A stretch of DNA of 41,120 bases from Psychrobacter sp. (GCA_029264635.1 JARIAA010000260.1:1-41120), one strand, 5' to 3'; shown: positions 1 to 10,313, counted from the first letter of the stretch. Notes: generated by a model not told the origin, from the sequence alone. Numbers and translations: made by a program.

Positions 1-156
1 AAATTCTTCTGCTATAACCAGACAATTAGGGGCAATGATATTTACATTAATCTTAAAGGCTTGTTGCAAATCATCTCGCTCAAAAATAGATTCAATCATA
101 AAGTTGGTAGGCCTAATTGCTAATAGCTGCTTATCCTCTAATGCGTAAATTGTCAT
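1..156 (-). CDS. 5' part of a putative NucS/DUF91-like PD-(D/E)XK endonuclease (runs off the window)
   Basis: Not in the ORF track. Manual translation from ATG at 156 gives MTIYALEDKQLLAIRPTNFMIESIFERDDLQQAFKINVNIIAPNCLVIAEEF, open to base 1, with an AAGAG RBS-like element upstream. ERDDLQ...IIAPxxLVIAEEF resembles the N-terminus of bacterial NucS-like proteins (recalled, not searched). Confidence 0.65.
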   Translation of the reverse strand, partial: MTIYALEDKQLLAIRPTNFMIESIFERDDLQQAFKINVNIIAPNCLVIAEEF

Positions 157-282
157 GATATTACTCTTTTTATTTGGTTAAAACTAAATTTCTATATTGT
201 TAGGGTAACTGTCTCATCAGCCTCACATCCAGATAAAATACACGACACTTTTATGTTGTACGGACTATAACAGCCACTATCG

Positions 283-1641
283 TTAACCTAGACTCGCGCT
301 ATTAACGGGAATAATTCTTTTATAACCAATCGCACCCAAGATAATAAACACCGCCAATAATATATAAGCGTTCAACGATAACGCAGCAGGGGAGAAGGGC
401 AGTAGCAGCAGTGAGATAAAGATGAGACTGACCAAGACTGCGAGATAATTTAACAGACCAGCCTGTTTTTTGTTACGCTCATTAATTAGATCTGCGGACG
501 TCACATAAGCGAAGCCGACGGTAATACCTAGTGAGGCCATACTGACAATATCGAGCAGATAGTTTCTACCAAGCCAAGGAGAGAACAGGCACACTAGACA
601 AATGAGCATTACGGTTTTTTTCTTACTAAAATGATGGTTGTTATCGGTGAAAATACTGGGCAATAAAGATGAATCACTCATCGACTCTAACAATTTGACT
701 GAGGATAATATGAAGCCATTGATACCGCTCAGTATGGAGCCAATCATAGCGATGGACAGCAGCCAAATACCGATGCTACCAATACGGTTATGCACCCCTT
801 CACCAGTCGCCCAATTGCTGTCTTTGATCGCTTGATAATCAAAATTCATATTTAAAGCGGTAAAATAGTTGATCAAAAAGTAGAATAAAATACCAGCGAC
901 CAATGAGATAAGAATGATGCTTTTGGTCTTAGTTTTTGAATCACTAATAGATTTGGAGATTTGCGGTGTGGTCTCAAACCCGACGTACGCCCAAGGCATG
1001 ACGGCAAGAATAGGTAACCATGCCAAGTTTGTGATGGAGCTGCTTTGCATCTCTGCAGGCAAAAAGGGCTGCGTAGTCGGAGTTACCCAAAGCGAGCCGA
1101 AGAATAGCGCGGCGACGGAGACAATCATGAATAGGGCGATATACAATTGGATTTTGGCGCCGACTTGCACACCGCGTAAATTAATATAGCTAAATAAAAT
1201 TATGGCGGCACTACAGAGGAACACTTCACTGGCGTAGACTTCCCAACCAGCAATGGTGTACAGATAGCCTATCTGTAGGCTACTGGGCAACAGATACCTT
1301 AGTAGTAAGGCAACGGCGGATATGTTAAGCGCCACAATAGAGATATAGCCTATTGCCACGCCCCAACCATAAACATACGCGTGTCTTTTATTGAGATACT
1401 TCTCGATCCAATAGATACCGCCTGATTCGTGCTCAGGCGTTTGGGTCAATAGATTAATATAAGCTTGGGCGACCATATAGATGGCTAACGTGCCAATGAT
1501 AATGGCGACGGATGAGCCTAATAGCTGCGACTGCGGTAAAAATAAATCGCCTGGCATCACATAAGCACCCCAACCGATAATGGCGCCAACACTAATGGCT
1601 ATTGCTTGTAGGTAGCTGATACTCTCAGTTTTTTCACTCAT
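283..1641 (-). CDS. APC-family amino acid/polyamine permease
   Basis: 452 aa with about 12 hydrophobic segments, TM1 GAIIGWG, ESGGIY loop and TM6 WAYVGFE. AGAGG RBS. Confidence 0.9.
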   Translation of the reverse strand: MSEKTESISYLQAIAISVGAIIGWGAYVMPGDLFLPQSQLLGSSVAIIIGTLAIYMVAQAYINLLTQTPEHESGGIYWIEKYLNKRHAYVYGWGVAIGYISIVALNISAVALLLRYLLPSSLQIGYLYTIAGWEVYASEVFLCSAAIILFSYINLRGVQVGAKIQLYIALFMIVSVAALFFGSLWVTPTTQPFLPAEMQSSSITNLAWLPILAVMPWAYVGFETTPQISKSISDSKTKTKSIILISLVAGILFYFLINYFTALNMNFDYQAIKDSNWATGEGVHNRIGSIGIWLLSIAMIGSILSGINGFILSSVKLLESMSDSSLLPSIFTDNNHHFSKKKTVMLICLVCLFSPWLGRNYLLDIVSMASLGITVGFAYVTSADLINERNKKQAGLLNYLAVLVSLIFISLLLLPFSPAALSLNAYILLAVFIILGAIGYKRIIPVNSASLG

Positions 1642-1791
1642 AGTTTCCTCTTTGAGAATCAGATATCGAAGAAAAAAAACGAACTACGAGATTAGTTTGG
1701 TACATGAAATAGCCTTGTACTATCGTTACAGGTTGCTTGAGACATTTTACAAATAAGAACGCAATAGTAACCGTTTTTTGTTAAAAACGCT

Positions 1792-2556
1792 TTATGAACC
1801 CTTTTGAATCTTTTTCGCCAAAACCACCTTCCAGCTGTCCTCCAAACACTCAATCTCAAGCCACGGCTCAATCACATCAAGAGCAAACTTCTCTTTTGAA
1901 TTTGATAACTGCCATAATTTTTCAAGGGTGGCGAACGGATAGGGGCGCTCTATTAAGTACACAGGCAAGTCTGCACCAATCATCCCATCGCGTACCACTT
2001 CAAAATACCAGCCCGCGATCCCTTGTTTGCTGACCCATGCGGCGATATTGGGCACTTTGGTGAATTGGCCGATTTGGTCATTGATTTTATAGCAGGGACG
2101 ACGCGGTTGGACGATGCGTAACTGCACACTGTCGCTACCCTCGAATTTTTCTTCGCCATACTGAAAGACGTCCCCGATACAAACAGTGGATTCACTCATT
2201 TCAGGCAAACCGATCACAGCTTCAGTGGTCAAGTTTTCACCCAACGTACCAACACGCACCTTTAGACCAAACTCTGCATTGATCTGCTCATAAGTCGCCA
2301 TTGCGAGTTGATGTACAGCTTTTAGCGGGCCGCCATGATGACGGCGATCCGCTTGTTCATCGGTAGTCAAGCCCATAAAGTTGACGGCGACTGGCGCATC
2401 AATGGGTTTTTTATCAATGGCGCTCATCTCTTCACGAGCAAAGGGCATGGCTTTGCCCGCACGAACGCAAGTCAGATTGGCAATATGAAGCGGCAAGGCG
2501 GTATTAACGTCTTTTTTAAAGGATTGTGTTGTCGCTATTACTGATTCTGTAGTCAT
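1792..2556 (-). CDS. MOSC-domain protein (YiiM-like)
   Basis: DEQADRRHHGG, GENLTT, QPRRPCYKIN (conserved Cys) and GWYFEV motifs. Confidence 0.9.
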   Translation of the reverse strand: MTTESVIATTQSFKKDVNTALPLHIANLTCVRAGKAMPFAREEMSAIDKKPIDAPVAVNFMGLTTDEQADRRHHGGPLKAVHQLAMATYEQINAEFGLKVRVGTLGENLTTEAVIGLPEMSESTVCIGDVFQYGEEKFEGSDSVQLRIVQPRRPCYKINDQIGQFTKVPNIAAWVSKQGIAGWYFEVVRDGMIGADLPVYLIERPYPFATLEKLWQLSNSKEKFALDVIEPWLEIECLEDSWKVVLAKKIQKGS

Positions 2557-2723
2557 AAATTACTCTATGCAATGATCGTTTTTATGGCAAACGAGGTTTA
2601 ATAATTGCCGTTATCTTAGCGTAATCAGCAATGGCTTGCAGTTTATTTATTTCAGTAGCGCTGTATTTTCTCTCTTATGAATCGATGATATGTTTTTCGA
2701 TATATTCACTAAATTCTGGATAC

Positions 2724-2754
2724 AAAAAAGACCAGATCATCAATCTGGCCTTTT
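2724..2754 (-). terminator. Intrinsic terminator after rsfS
   Basis: AAAAAAGACCAGAT-CATCA-ATCTGGCCTTTT hairpin with a U-tract on the minus strand. Confidence 0.7.
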
Positions 2755-2805
2755 AGCATAAAGCTTTTAGTGCGCATTCTAGGAGATGCTTATGAGTCCC
2801 TGCTA

Positions 2806-3207
2806 TTAATTACGGCGACCCGCTTTCTTTTCGCGCGGCGTAGCAACCAATTCAGCCAAGCTCTCAGGTGATGACCATAGACCTTCAAGATCGTAAAATT
2901 CGCGTGCTTGCGGGGTCATCATGTGCACGACGACAGCGCCCAAATCAATCAAAGTCCAGTCAGAGTCGATACCGCCTTCGCGGCCGAGGGGCATAAAACC
3001 CGCTTGTTTCGCTTCAGCGCCGACCGTATCTGCCATCGCGCGCACGTGGCGTTTAGAGGTACCGTCAGCGATAATGATACGTTCCATTACGTCCGTTAAA
3101 TCTTCTACATTAAGTACGGTTATGTTCTTGGCTTTCATATCATCTAGAGCGCTTTCGACAACGGTTAAGCATTGCTGTAGTCGCTCATTAGTCATGGTAT
3201 TGATCAT
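2806..3207 (-). CDS. rsfS: Ribosome silencing factor RsfS
   Basis: LDDMKAKNI, GTSKRHV, DWTLIDLG.VVVH.M..R.FYDLEGLW. Lies downstream of nadD. Start moved from 3267 to ATG 3207 (AAGAG RBS). Confidence 0.95.
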   Translation of the reverse strand: MINTMTNERLQQCLTVVESALDDMKAKNITVLNVEDLTDVMERIIIADGTSKRHVRAMADTVGAEAKQAGFMPLGREGGIDSDWTLIDLGAVVVHMMTPQAREFYDLEGLWSSPESLAELVATPREKKAGRRN

Positions 3208-3338
3208 AAATGTTAATCTCTTGAATCGTAAATATTTAAAATAAAAGGGTAAATAGTCAGTTCGCATTGGCTAGATGCCCATATATAACTGCTGTTAAAT
3301 AGGGACAAGATAGGCAATATGACAAAGTTAAGGCGATT

Positions 3339-4244
3339 TTAACGGAATTGAGCAGCAGAATATAGCTTACGCGCGATAATATATTGATAAACAGCAGGTT
3401 TTAGCCATTTAGCTGATGGATTAAATGCAGTATGGCTCATGATAACATTTATTGGCTGTACCGCGGTAAGTTGCGCAAGCTGCTGGCGTATTTGTGTGCT
3501 TGACACCGCTATTACAGGTCGCGGGTCTATATAAATGCGGCCTTGATAACTGTTTTTCAAGTTCATACTATTTTTCAAGTCCATGTTATCTATAGCGTTT
3601 TGCACAGGTCTTGCTACCAATGCAGATGGTGAGTCAGTGACGATACGTTGCAGTGTAATGGGTAATTGGGCTTGTAAGACAGCCGTTTCTTGCTTCATGG
3701 ATTGTTTATTAAGATATGTTTGATGATTGGCAATAGGGTCAGCACAGTCATCACGATTAAAAATCCATAGATTGACATAATCGCTCAGTTGTAAGCCGTC
3801 TCTCCATTTATCTAAACTACGCGCGCTGTCCATACCCATGATAAATATCAAGCTGTTATTGGGGTAGCGCTGTCTCAAAGCGCGCACACTATCGATGGTG
3901 TAAACGGGCGGTGTTTGCCACAATTCAAGCTCACTAATCTGTAGCGGCGTATTTTGCGTTGCCAGTTTTAACATCGCTAATCGGTGCTCAGGGTCGGTAC
4001 TTTCGTCCTTAAAAGGCGAGCGTGCATTGGGCAGTAATGACACTTGTAGCATTCGCTGTTGCTGCTCAGCGATGGGTCGTAAAGTCTGATAGACATACAT
4101 TGCCATTTGTAGATGACCCTTATGTACGGGATCAAATGAGCCGCCAAGATAAGCTCGGATAGCAGGTGCCGCATTTTTGTCAATTGAGTGAGCATCTTTT
4201 TTTGAATCAAGACTCAGATAAGTTGGTTGAGCTGAGTACGGCAT
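3339..4244 (-). CDS. nadD: Nicotinate-nucleotide adenylyltransferase
   Basis: GGSFDPVHKGH (HxGH), YTIDSV, FIMGMDS and VSSTQIR motifs. nadD-rsfS synteny. Confidence 0.93.
   Translation of the reverse strand: MPYSAQPTYLSLDSKKDAHSIDKNAAPAIRAYLGGSFDPVHKGHLQMAMYVYQTLRPIAEQQQRMLQVSLLPNARSPFKDESTDPEHRLAMLKLATQNTPLQISELELWQTPPVYTIDSVRALRQRYPNNSLIFIMGMDSARSLDKWRDGLQLSDYVNLWIFNRDDCADPIANHQTYLNKQSMKQETAVLQAQLPITLQRIVTDSPSALVARPVQNAIDNMDLKNSMNLKNSYQGRIYIDPRPVIAVSSTQIRQQLAQLTAVQPINVIMSHTAFNPSAKWLKPAVYQYIIARKLYSAAQFR
3549..3584 (-). repeat. 18-bp tandem duplication inside nadD (MDLKNS-MNLKNS)
   Basis: ACTGTTTTTCAAGTTCAT / ACTATTTTTCAAGTCCAT, 16/18 identical. Confidence 0.8.
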
Positions 4245-4356
4245 AATAAGTAAAATGTCGACCTATAGAAAAATTAAGCATATTAAAGCATGATTGTGAT
4301 GGGCAGATACATACTTGTCATAAAAAGCTGTGAAAAATTATCAACAGTAATTTAAT

Positions 4357-4390
4357 AAAAAACCGACCACCATGACAGCATGAAGGTCGG
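4357..4390 (-). terminator. Intrinsic terminator after pta
   Basis: AAAAAA-CCGACC...CATG-ACAG-CATG...GGTCGG hairpin with a U-tract on the minus strand. Confidence 0.65.
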
Positions 4391-4486
4391 CTAGCTTGCA
4401 GATACGATTTTGATCATTAAGCAAGTGCTAAACGTTAAATAACAGAGCTAAGTCTTAAATAATATGAGCGCTTAGCGAGTAGCGCT

Positions 4487-6631
4487 TTAAATGTTATCGC
4501 TATGCGCTTGGATAGCGGTGAGGGCGATAGTATAGATAATATCATCGACTAAAGCCCCACGTGATAAATCATTCACAGGCTTGTTTAGACCTTGTAGCAT
4601 TGGGCCAACACTAATGACGTTGGCACTACGCTGCACCGCTTTATAGGTGGTGTTACCAGTGTTGAGATCTGGGAAGATAAACACGTTAGCTTGTCCAGCG
4701 ACTGGCGAATCAGGCGCTTTTTGCTTACCAACGCTCATGACCGAAGCCGCATCATATTGCAGTGGACCATCAACAGCGAGAGTGGGGGCGCGTTCGCGCA
4801 CGATTTCTGTTGCGCGAATGACTTTTTCGACATCAGCGCCCGTACCCGATGCACCAGTCGAATAGCTAATCATAGCGACCTTTGGTTCAATACCGAAGGC
4901 GGCGGCAGATTGCGCGGATTGAATGGCAATCTCAGCCAATTCCTCAGCCGTTGGGTCTGGGTTAATAGCGCAGTCGCCATAGACGACGACTTGCTCAGGC
5001 AGCAGCATAAAAAAGATCGACGATACCAATGAGTACTGCGGCGCGGTCTTAATCAGCTGAAACGCTGGGCGTACGGTATTGGCTGTGGTATGAATCGCTC
5101 CAGAGACCAAGCCATCGACTTCGTCCATATGGAGCATAGTCGTACCCAAAAAAACTGTATCTTCAAGTTGTTCAGCTGCGACAGTGTCGCTGGTTTTGCC
5201 TTTACGGCGCTCAACGACTTCCGCGATATATTTACTCATATCAAGGGTCGCAGGATCGATAATCTCAAGCCCTTCTGGTAAGATTAAATCGCGGTTTTTA
5301 GCCACTTGTTCTACCTCTTCGCGCTTAGCTAGCAGCACACAGTTTGCGATACCACGGCTTTGGCAAATACAGGCCGCTTCAACCGTACGCGGCTCAGAGC
5401 CTTCTGGTAATACAATACGTTTTTTGGCCTCTTGTGCTTTTTTAACGACTTGATGACGAAAAGCGGCGGGTGATAAGCGCGGTTTATGATCGCCGCTGAA
5501 CTGCTCTTTAATCCAGCTCAAATCTAAATGTGCAGCCACATAACGCGTGACATCCAGCGCGCGCGCGGTATCATCATTTGGAATCTCAGCACTCATATGC
5601 ATCAGGTTCTGTACCGTCTCGTAGCTGTCCGTCTCGACACTCATAACGGGTATGCCTGTTTTGAGCGCGGACTGCCACAATTCCGTAACCGTCTCGTTTG
5701 GCATGACCCCGCCCGTTAGTACCAGACCTGCCAATGGAACACCATTGATACACGCCAAGGCTGCCGCCAATAATAAGTCATCGCGGTCGCCTGGTACGAC
5801 AATCAACGTGCCACGATTAAAGACTTCATCGATACGGGCAACCGAGCGAGCCGTTAAACTAATATGATTGATGCGGCGTGTTTTAGCGTCGCCAACGTTC
5901 AACCAAGTGGCATCAAGCTCAGTGGCGATATCCCAAGTACGCGGGACGGATAGCGAATCGCTAAATGGTACGACGCCAATTAAGCGAAACTGCTCGGTGT
6001 CAAAATGCGGTGACAAACGCTGCACTTCTTGAATAAAGCTCTCATCGAGAGTAAATACTGCTTCACCAGGCGCAACTGGCTGGTTCTCAAAGGTATTTGG
6101 CACATTGACTCGCATTAAAATGCAGCCCAAGATGCGCTCGCTTGCGATACCGCCAAACTCACGCGCATGCATATCAAGCTTATCGGCGAGCTGAGCAGGA
6201 TTTTTGGTATCCGCTGTACTGACAAAGATAATTTTGGCATCAAGTGCATGGGCGATTGCACGGTTAATTTGCGCGGCATAAGAAGCTTCAGTCGTCGATA
6301 CCAAGCCCTCGCAAATGACCACATCTTGATCGCCGCCGATGGTGTGATAGTTGGTGACCACCTCTTCCATCAAGTCATCAAGATTGCCATCACCAATCAT
6401 GCGTACAGCGCGCTGACGGCTGATTGACTGCGGCGGGGTTAAACCAAACGCATGCATGGTCAATGCGCTTGAGCTGTCCAAGCTGTTTTGTTTATCGAGC
6501 GTATCATCTTGCAAAAACGGCTTCATAAAGCCCGCTTTAATACCGTTATAATCTAGCGCGCGAATCAGGCCTAGTGCCGCTGACGTCACGCCGATACCGC
6601 GACTGATAGGAACAAGTAATATGGTTTGCAT
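4487..6631 (-). CDS. pta: Phosphate acetyltransferase (long class II: BioD-like + DRTGG + PTA domains)
   Basis: 714 aa with RIVLPEGSEPRT, GAIHTTANTVRPA, DGPLQYDAA, FPDLNTGNTTYK and PVNDLSRG. Confidence 0.97.
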   Translation of the reverse strand: MQTILLVPISRGIGVTSAALGLIRALDYNGIKAGFMKPFLQDDTLDKQNSLDSSSALTMHAFGLTPPQSISRQRAVRMIGDGNLDDLMEEVVTNYHTIGGDQDVVICEGLVSTTEASYAAQINRAIAHALDAKIIFVSTADTKNPAQLADKLDMHAREFGGIASERILGCILMRVNVPNTFENQPVAPGEAVFTLDESFIQEVQRLSPHFDTEQFRLIGVVPFSDSLSVPRTWDIATELDATWLNVGDAKTRRINHISLTARSVARIDEVFNRGTLIVVPGDRDDLLLAAALACINGVPLAGLVLTGGVMPNETVTELWQSALKTGIPVMSVETDSYETVQNLMHMSAEIPNDDTARALDVTRYVAAHLDLSWIKEQFSGDHKPRLSPAAFRHQVVKKAQEAKKRIVLPEGSEPRTVEAACICQSRGIANCVLLAKREEVEQVAKNRDLILPEGLEIIDPATLDMSKYIAEVVERRKGKTSDTVAAEQLEDTVFLGTTMLHMDEVDGLVSGAIHTTANTVRPAFQLIKTAPQYSLVSSIFFMLLPEQVVVYGDCAINPDPTAEELAEIAIQSAQSAAAFGIEPKVAMISYSTGASGTGADVEKVIRATEIVRERAPTLAVDGPLQYDAASVMSVGKQKAPDSPVAGQANVFIFPDLNTGNTTYKAVQRSANVISVGPMLQGLNKPVNDLSRGALVDDIIYTIALTAIQAHSDNI

Positions 6632-6767
6632 AGCGTATCCTACTTTTTATGATATCCTTGAGGGCAGGTTTTATCTTGATAAGAGAAGATGCTTATTGAA
6701 TTTATAAAATAATATTTTTCTTATCAAGACAACCAAGTTTATAATGATGCTTATGGCTTGTATTGAC

Positions 6768-8000
6768 TTACAAGCCTAGTGTTTGACGAGTCTCTTTAGC
6801 GATTTGGCACTCTTCGTCCGTTGGCACAACCCACAGCTCAATGCTGCTGTCCTCAGTATGGAAGCTACCTTCGCGACCGCCGACGAGGCTTGCGTTTTTG
6901 TCAGCATCAAATTTGATACCGAAATGACGCATCATATCTAGGATGCGCGCGCGCGTGGTCTTTGAGTTTTCACCGATACCACCAGTAAAGACGATACCGG
7001 TGAATTCAGGTAACGCACAGCTTAAGCTGGCAAGATATTTAGCGACGCGATAACAGAACATCTCAATAGCGAGCTGCGCATCTTTATGGCCTTCATTAGC
7101 CGCTTGCTCAATGGTACGCAGATCGTTAGATAAGCCTGAGATACCCAGCAGCCCGCTTTCGCTGTTGAGCATCTTGTCAATCTCTTCTAAGCTCAAACCG
7201 AGCTGACGCTTTAGATGAATATGTAAGCTTGGGTCAACATCGCCGCTGCGCGTGCCCATCATCAGACCTTCAAGCGGTGTAAGTCCCATACTAGTATCCA
7301 AGCTCTTGCCATCATAGACGGCAGTCGCAGAGCAACCATTACCCAAATGTGCGGTCAACCAACCATGAGGGCCTTTGGTGTCCGTGATTTGGCTTGCGCG
7401 CTCTGAGACGTAAGCGTGTGAGGTACCATGGAAGCCGTAACGACGAATTTTATGGTCTTCATATAAAGATTTTGGCAGCGGATAACGAAAGGCAACGGGC
7501 GGCATGGTTTGGTGAAAAGCAGTATCAAAAACAACGACTTGCGGGATTTCAGGATAGATGGCTTGTACCGCCTCAATGCCAAGTGCGTTGGCAGGATTAT
7601 GTAGCGGCGCCAATACTTTGAGGCGTTTGACCTCTGAGAGCACATGCTCATTTACGCGCACGGCTTCTGAGTATTCACGGCCGCCATGAACCACGCGATG
7701 ACCGACTGCAACGAAGTGGTACTGCTCAAGTAGCTCAAGGATTTTTTGTAGTGCCAACTCATGACGACCCCCTGCAATCGCAATTTCAAGCTTTTCACCA
7801 TCCAAACTATTGTGTTTAATACGCGCAGTGTCGAGCCCCAAGTTTTCAGCAAGCCCCGTGATACGAATTGACTCATCTTCACTGATGAGCGCGTATTTGA
7901 TCGAAGACGAACCACAGTTGAGGACCAAGGTAGGGTTGGTTAGTGTTGGTGTTGCAGGGCTTTGATCGTTGCTTGTGGAATTAATTGCGCTATCGCTCAT
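6768..8000 (-). CDS. ackA: Acetate kinase
   Basis: LNCGSSSIK, GHRVVHGG, APLHNP, YGFHGTSH, HLGNG, MGTRSGDVDP and FTGGIGENS. Confidence 0.97.
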   Translation of the reverse strand: MSDSAINSTSNDQSPATPTLTNPTLVLNCGSSSIKYALISEDESIRITGLAENLGLDTARIKHNSLDGEKLEIAIAGGRHELALQKILELLEQYHFVAVGHRVVHGGREYSEAVRVNEHVLSEVKRLKVLAPLHNPANALGIEAVQAIYPEIPQVVVFDTAFHQTMPPVAFRYPLPKSLYEDHKIRRYGFHGTSHAYVSERASQITDTKGPHGWLTAHLGNGCSATAVYDGKSLDTSMGLTPLEGLMMGTRSGDVDPSLHIHLKRQLGLSLEEIDKMLNSESGLLGISGLSNDLRTIEQAANEGHKDAQLAIEMFCYRVAKYLASLSCALPEFTGIVFTGGIGENSKTTRARILDMMRHFGIKFDADKNASLVGGREGSFHTEDSSIELWVVPTDEECQIAKETRQTLGL

Positions 8001-8538
8001 GCTCTATCCTTAGATTCTATTAAATGAGAGTGTGATATTTACCAAGTCGTTTATCAACATGATGAACACCTGTTGAATAGACCAAAATCAGCCATACCTA
8101 TCCGATAAGAGGCTTGCCGACTGGCTAATCATTCTTGGTTTTGATTGATTTGTAAGCTGCACACTAGCGCCTCATGACAGTCGCAGAGTGCTACTATAAT
8201 GTAACACATTTTTGATAGTAAACCATGACAACTATAAGGTTAACAATTGGCGCTCGTCAAGGTACTATCACTACTCCATACCGATTATCTAGTCTAGACT
8301 GCAATCGCTATAGAAGCAGGGTTAGTCCTCATTGAAATTGTAAGGAAATTTGTCAACGCTTTATTTAAAAATAATTTGATAAAACTATCCGTTAATAAAA
8401 CGCAAGGCGCGCACAGTTTTACTGAATAATGCTATGATTGGAGGGCAGGTTTTAGCGATTTTTGGTCGATCATCATTAACCGCTTTTTACTTATTATCAT
8501 TTTTATAGCATCGCAACCATTGCAAGGTCATCTGCCCT

Positions 8539-8862
8539 ATGTTTATTTTACACCGCTCTTCAAATATTCGATGTACCCCTAAATTATCTGTTAGCATCAA
8601 TCGTCAAGCTGTTTGGTCTTTATTGATTGGCAGTGCGGTTATGATGGCACTGTCGGGCTGCGGACAAAAAGGCGAGCTTTATTTAGCGCAGCCTAGTAGC
8701 CAGACCATAACAGATTCGACTGCCTCAGATAAACTGGCTAGCACAAGTCATCCACAAGATGCTGCTTTTGCTACGATTGATGATGATGACTATGAAAAGC
8801 GCCGTTATTTGGAGCAAAAACAGGTGTTACCAGCGGTCAGTAATGATCCTAACGATTATTAG
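8539..8862 (+). CDS. lptM: LPS translocon maturation lipoprotein LptM (YifL/LppL family)
   Basis: Lipobox LSGC followed by CGQKGELYL. Conserved position before lysA-dapF-xerC. Exact start uncertain. Confidence 0.8.
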   Translation: MFILHRSSNIRCTPKLSVSINRQAVWSLLIGSAVMMALSGCGQKGELYLAQPSSQTITDSTASDKLASTSHPQDAAFATIDDDDYEKRRYLEQKQVLPAVSNDPNDY

Positions 8863-8942
8863 TGTTCGTTTTTAAACGCTGGTTTGAGTTTAATGTTTTG
8901 CCCCTTTTAACGTACATTTTTTGAAAATGATAACCTGATTAG

Positions 8943-10313
8943 ATGAGAGAACCCAATATGAGTAATGCTAAATTGCAAGCTGACTGCGTAACTATCCACA
9001 CTGAGCAAGGGATGTATATTGATCCTACCGCTTTGACTGCCCATTTGCCTGAACTGCACTATAACCAAGATATGTTATGGATGGAGGACGTTAGTATCAA
9101 TGAATTGGTCGCGCGCTACGATACGCCGTGCTATGTGTACTCGCAGCAGGCAATACTTGATGTCTATCAGGCCTATAGTGACAGCTTTGCTGCGATTGAC
9201 CATCAGATTTGTTATGCGGTAAAAGCAAACTCAAACCTTGCCGTATTAGGCGTGCTTGCGCAAGCAGGGGCAGGGTTTGATATTGTCTCGCGCGGTGAGC
9301 TGATGCGCGTATTGGCAGCAGGCGGGCAGGCCAGCAAAGTTGTATTTTCAGGGGTTGGCAAAACCAAAATCGATATCGAATATGCGCTCACTCAAGGCAT
9401 TGGCTGCTTCAATGTTGAGTCTGTTAGTGAGTTGACACTCATCAATGACGTAGCAAAGCAGCTCGATAAACGCGCGCCGATATCGCTACGGGTTAACCCC
9501 GACGTCGATGCCAAGACTCATCCCTATATCTCAACGGGTCTAAAAGATAATAAGTTTGGCGTCGCGCATGAGAGGGCAGTAGCTGTCTATGAGCAGGCCG
9601 CTCAATTGTCACATATCGATATCGTTGGCATTGACTGCCATATTGGCTCGCAATTGACGGAAGTCGAACCCTTTATAGCGGCTTTGGATAAAGTGATTGA
9701 GCTGGTGCATAGCCTGCGTGAGAAGGGCATTGAGCTGCATCATATAGATTTGGGCGGTGGCCTCGGTGTGCGTTATATTGATGAATCGCCAGTCTCTATC
9801 CCTGATTTTGCGCAAGCGTTGTTACCCAAGCTGACTGATCTTGGTCTACCCGTATTTTTTGAGCCAGGTCGTAGTATGGTAGCTAATGCAGGTATTTTGC
9901 TTACCCGTGTCGATGTGCTAAAACCGACAGAACATAAGAACTTTGCCATCGTTGATGCCGCGATGAATGATCTGATTCGTCCAGCGCTGTATCAAGCTGA
10001 AATGGCCGTAATTCCTAACGTATTACCTAGTAAAGGGATTGATACGGATGGCACCCAGCCATGGGATATCGTGGGTGCGATCTGTGAGACTGGGGATTTT
10101 TTAGCCAAAAATCGTCTCTTGTCACTCGCAGCGGACGATATTTTAGCGATAACTGGGGCAGGGGCGTATGGCTTTACCATGAGCAGCAACTATAATTCAC
10201 GTCCGCGTGCAAGCGAAGTCATGGTTGCAGGTCGCAGTCATCAGCTAATACGCAAACGTGAAACTGCTGAAGCGTTATATGCAGATGAGAGGCTTTGGCA
10301 AAACGAAAAATAG
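8943..10313 (+). CDS. lysA: Diaminopimelate decarboxylase
   Basis: YAVKAN (PLP Lys), HIGSQ, DLGGGLG, EPGR, CETGD and GAYG.TMSSNYNSRPR. Alternative start at 8958. Confidence 0.97.
   Translation: MREPNMSNAKLQADCVTIHTEQGMYIDPTALTAHLPELHYNQDMLWMEDVSINELVARYDTPCYVYSQQAILDVYQAYSDSFAAIDHQICYAVKANSNLAVLGVLAQAGAGFDIVSRGELMRVLAAGGQASKVVFSGVGKTKIDIEYALTQGIGCFNVESVSELTLINDVAKQLDKRAPISLRVNPDVDAKTHPYISTGLKDNKFGVAHERAVAVYEQAAQLSHIDIVGIDCHIGSQLTEVEPFIAALDKVIELVHSLREKGIELHHIDLGGGLGVRYIDESPVSIPDFAQALLPKLTDLGLPVFFEPGRSMVANAGILLTRVDVLKPTEHKNFAIVDAAMNDLIRPALYQAEMAVIPNVLPSKGIDTDGTQPWDIVGAICETGDFLAKNRLLSLAADDILAITGAGAYGFTMSSNYNSRPRASEVMVAGRSHQLIRKRETAEALYADERLWQNEK

Noticed and set aside
8001-8538. Lysine riboswitch or ncRNA between ackA and lptM-lysA
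   Set aside because: No L-box consensus, only weak pairings. Consistent with divergent promoters.
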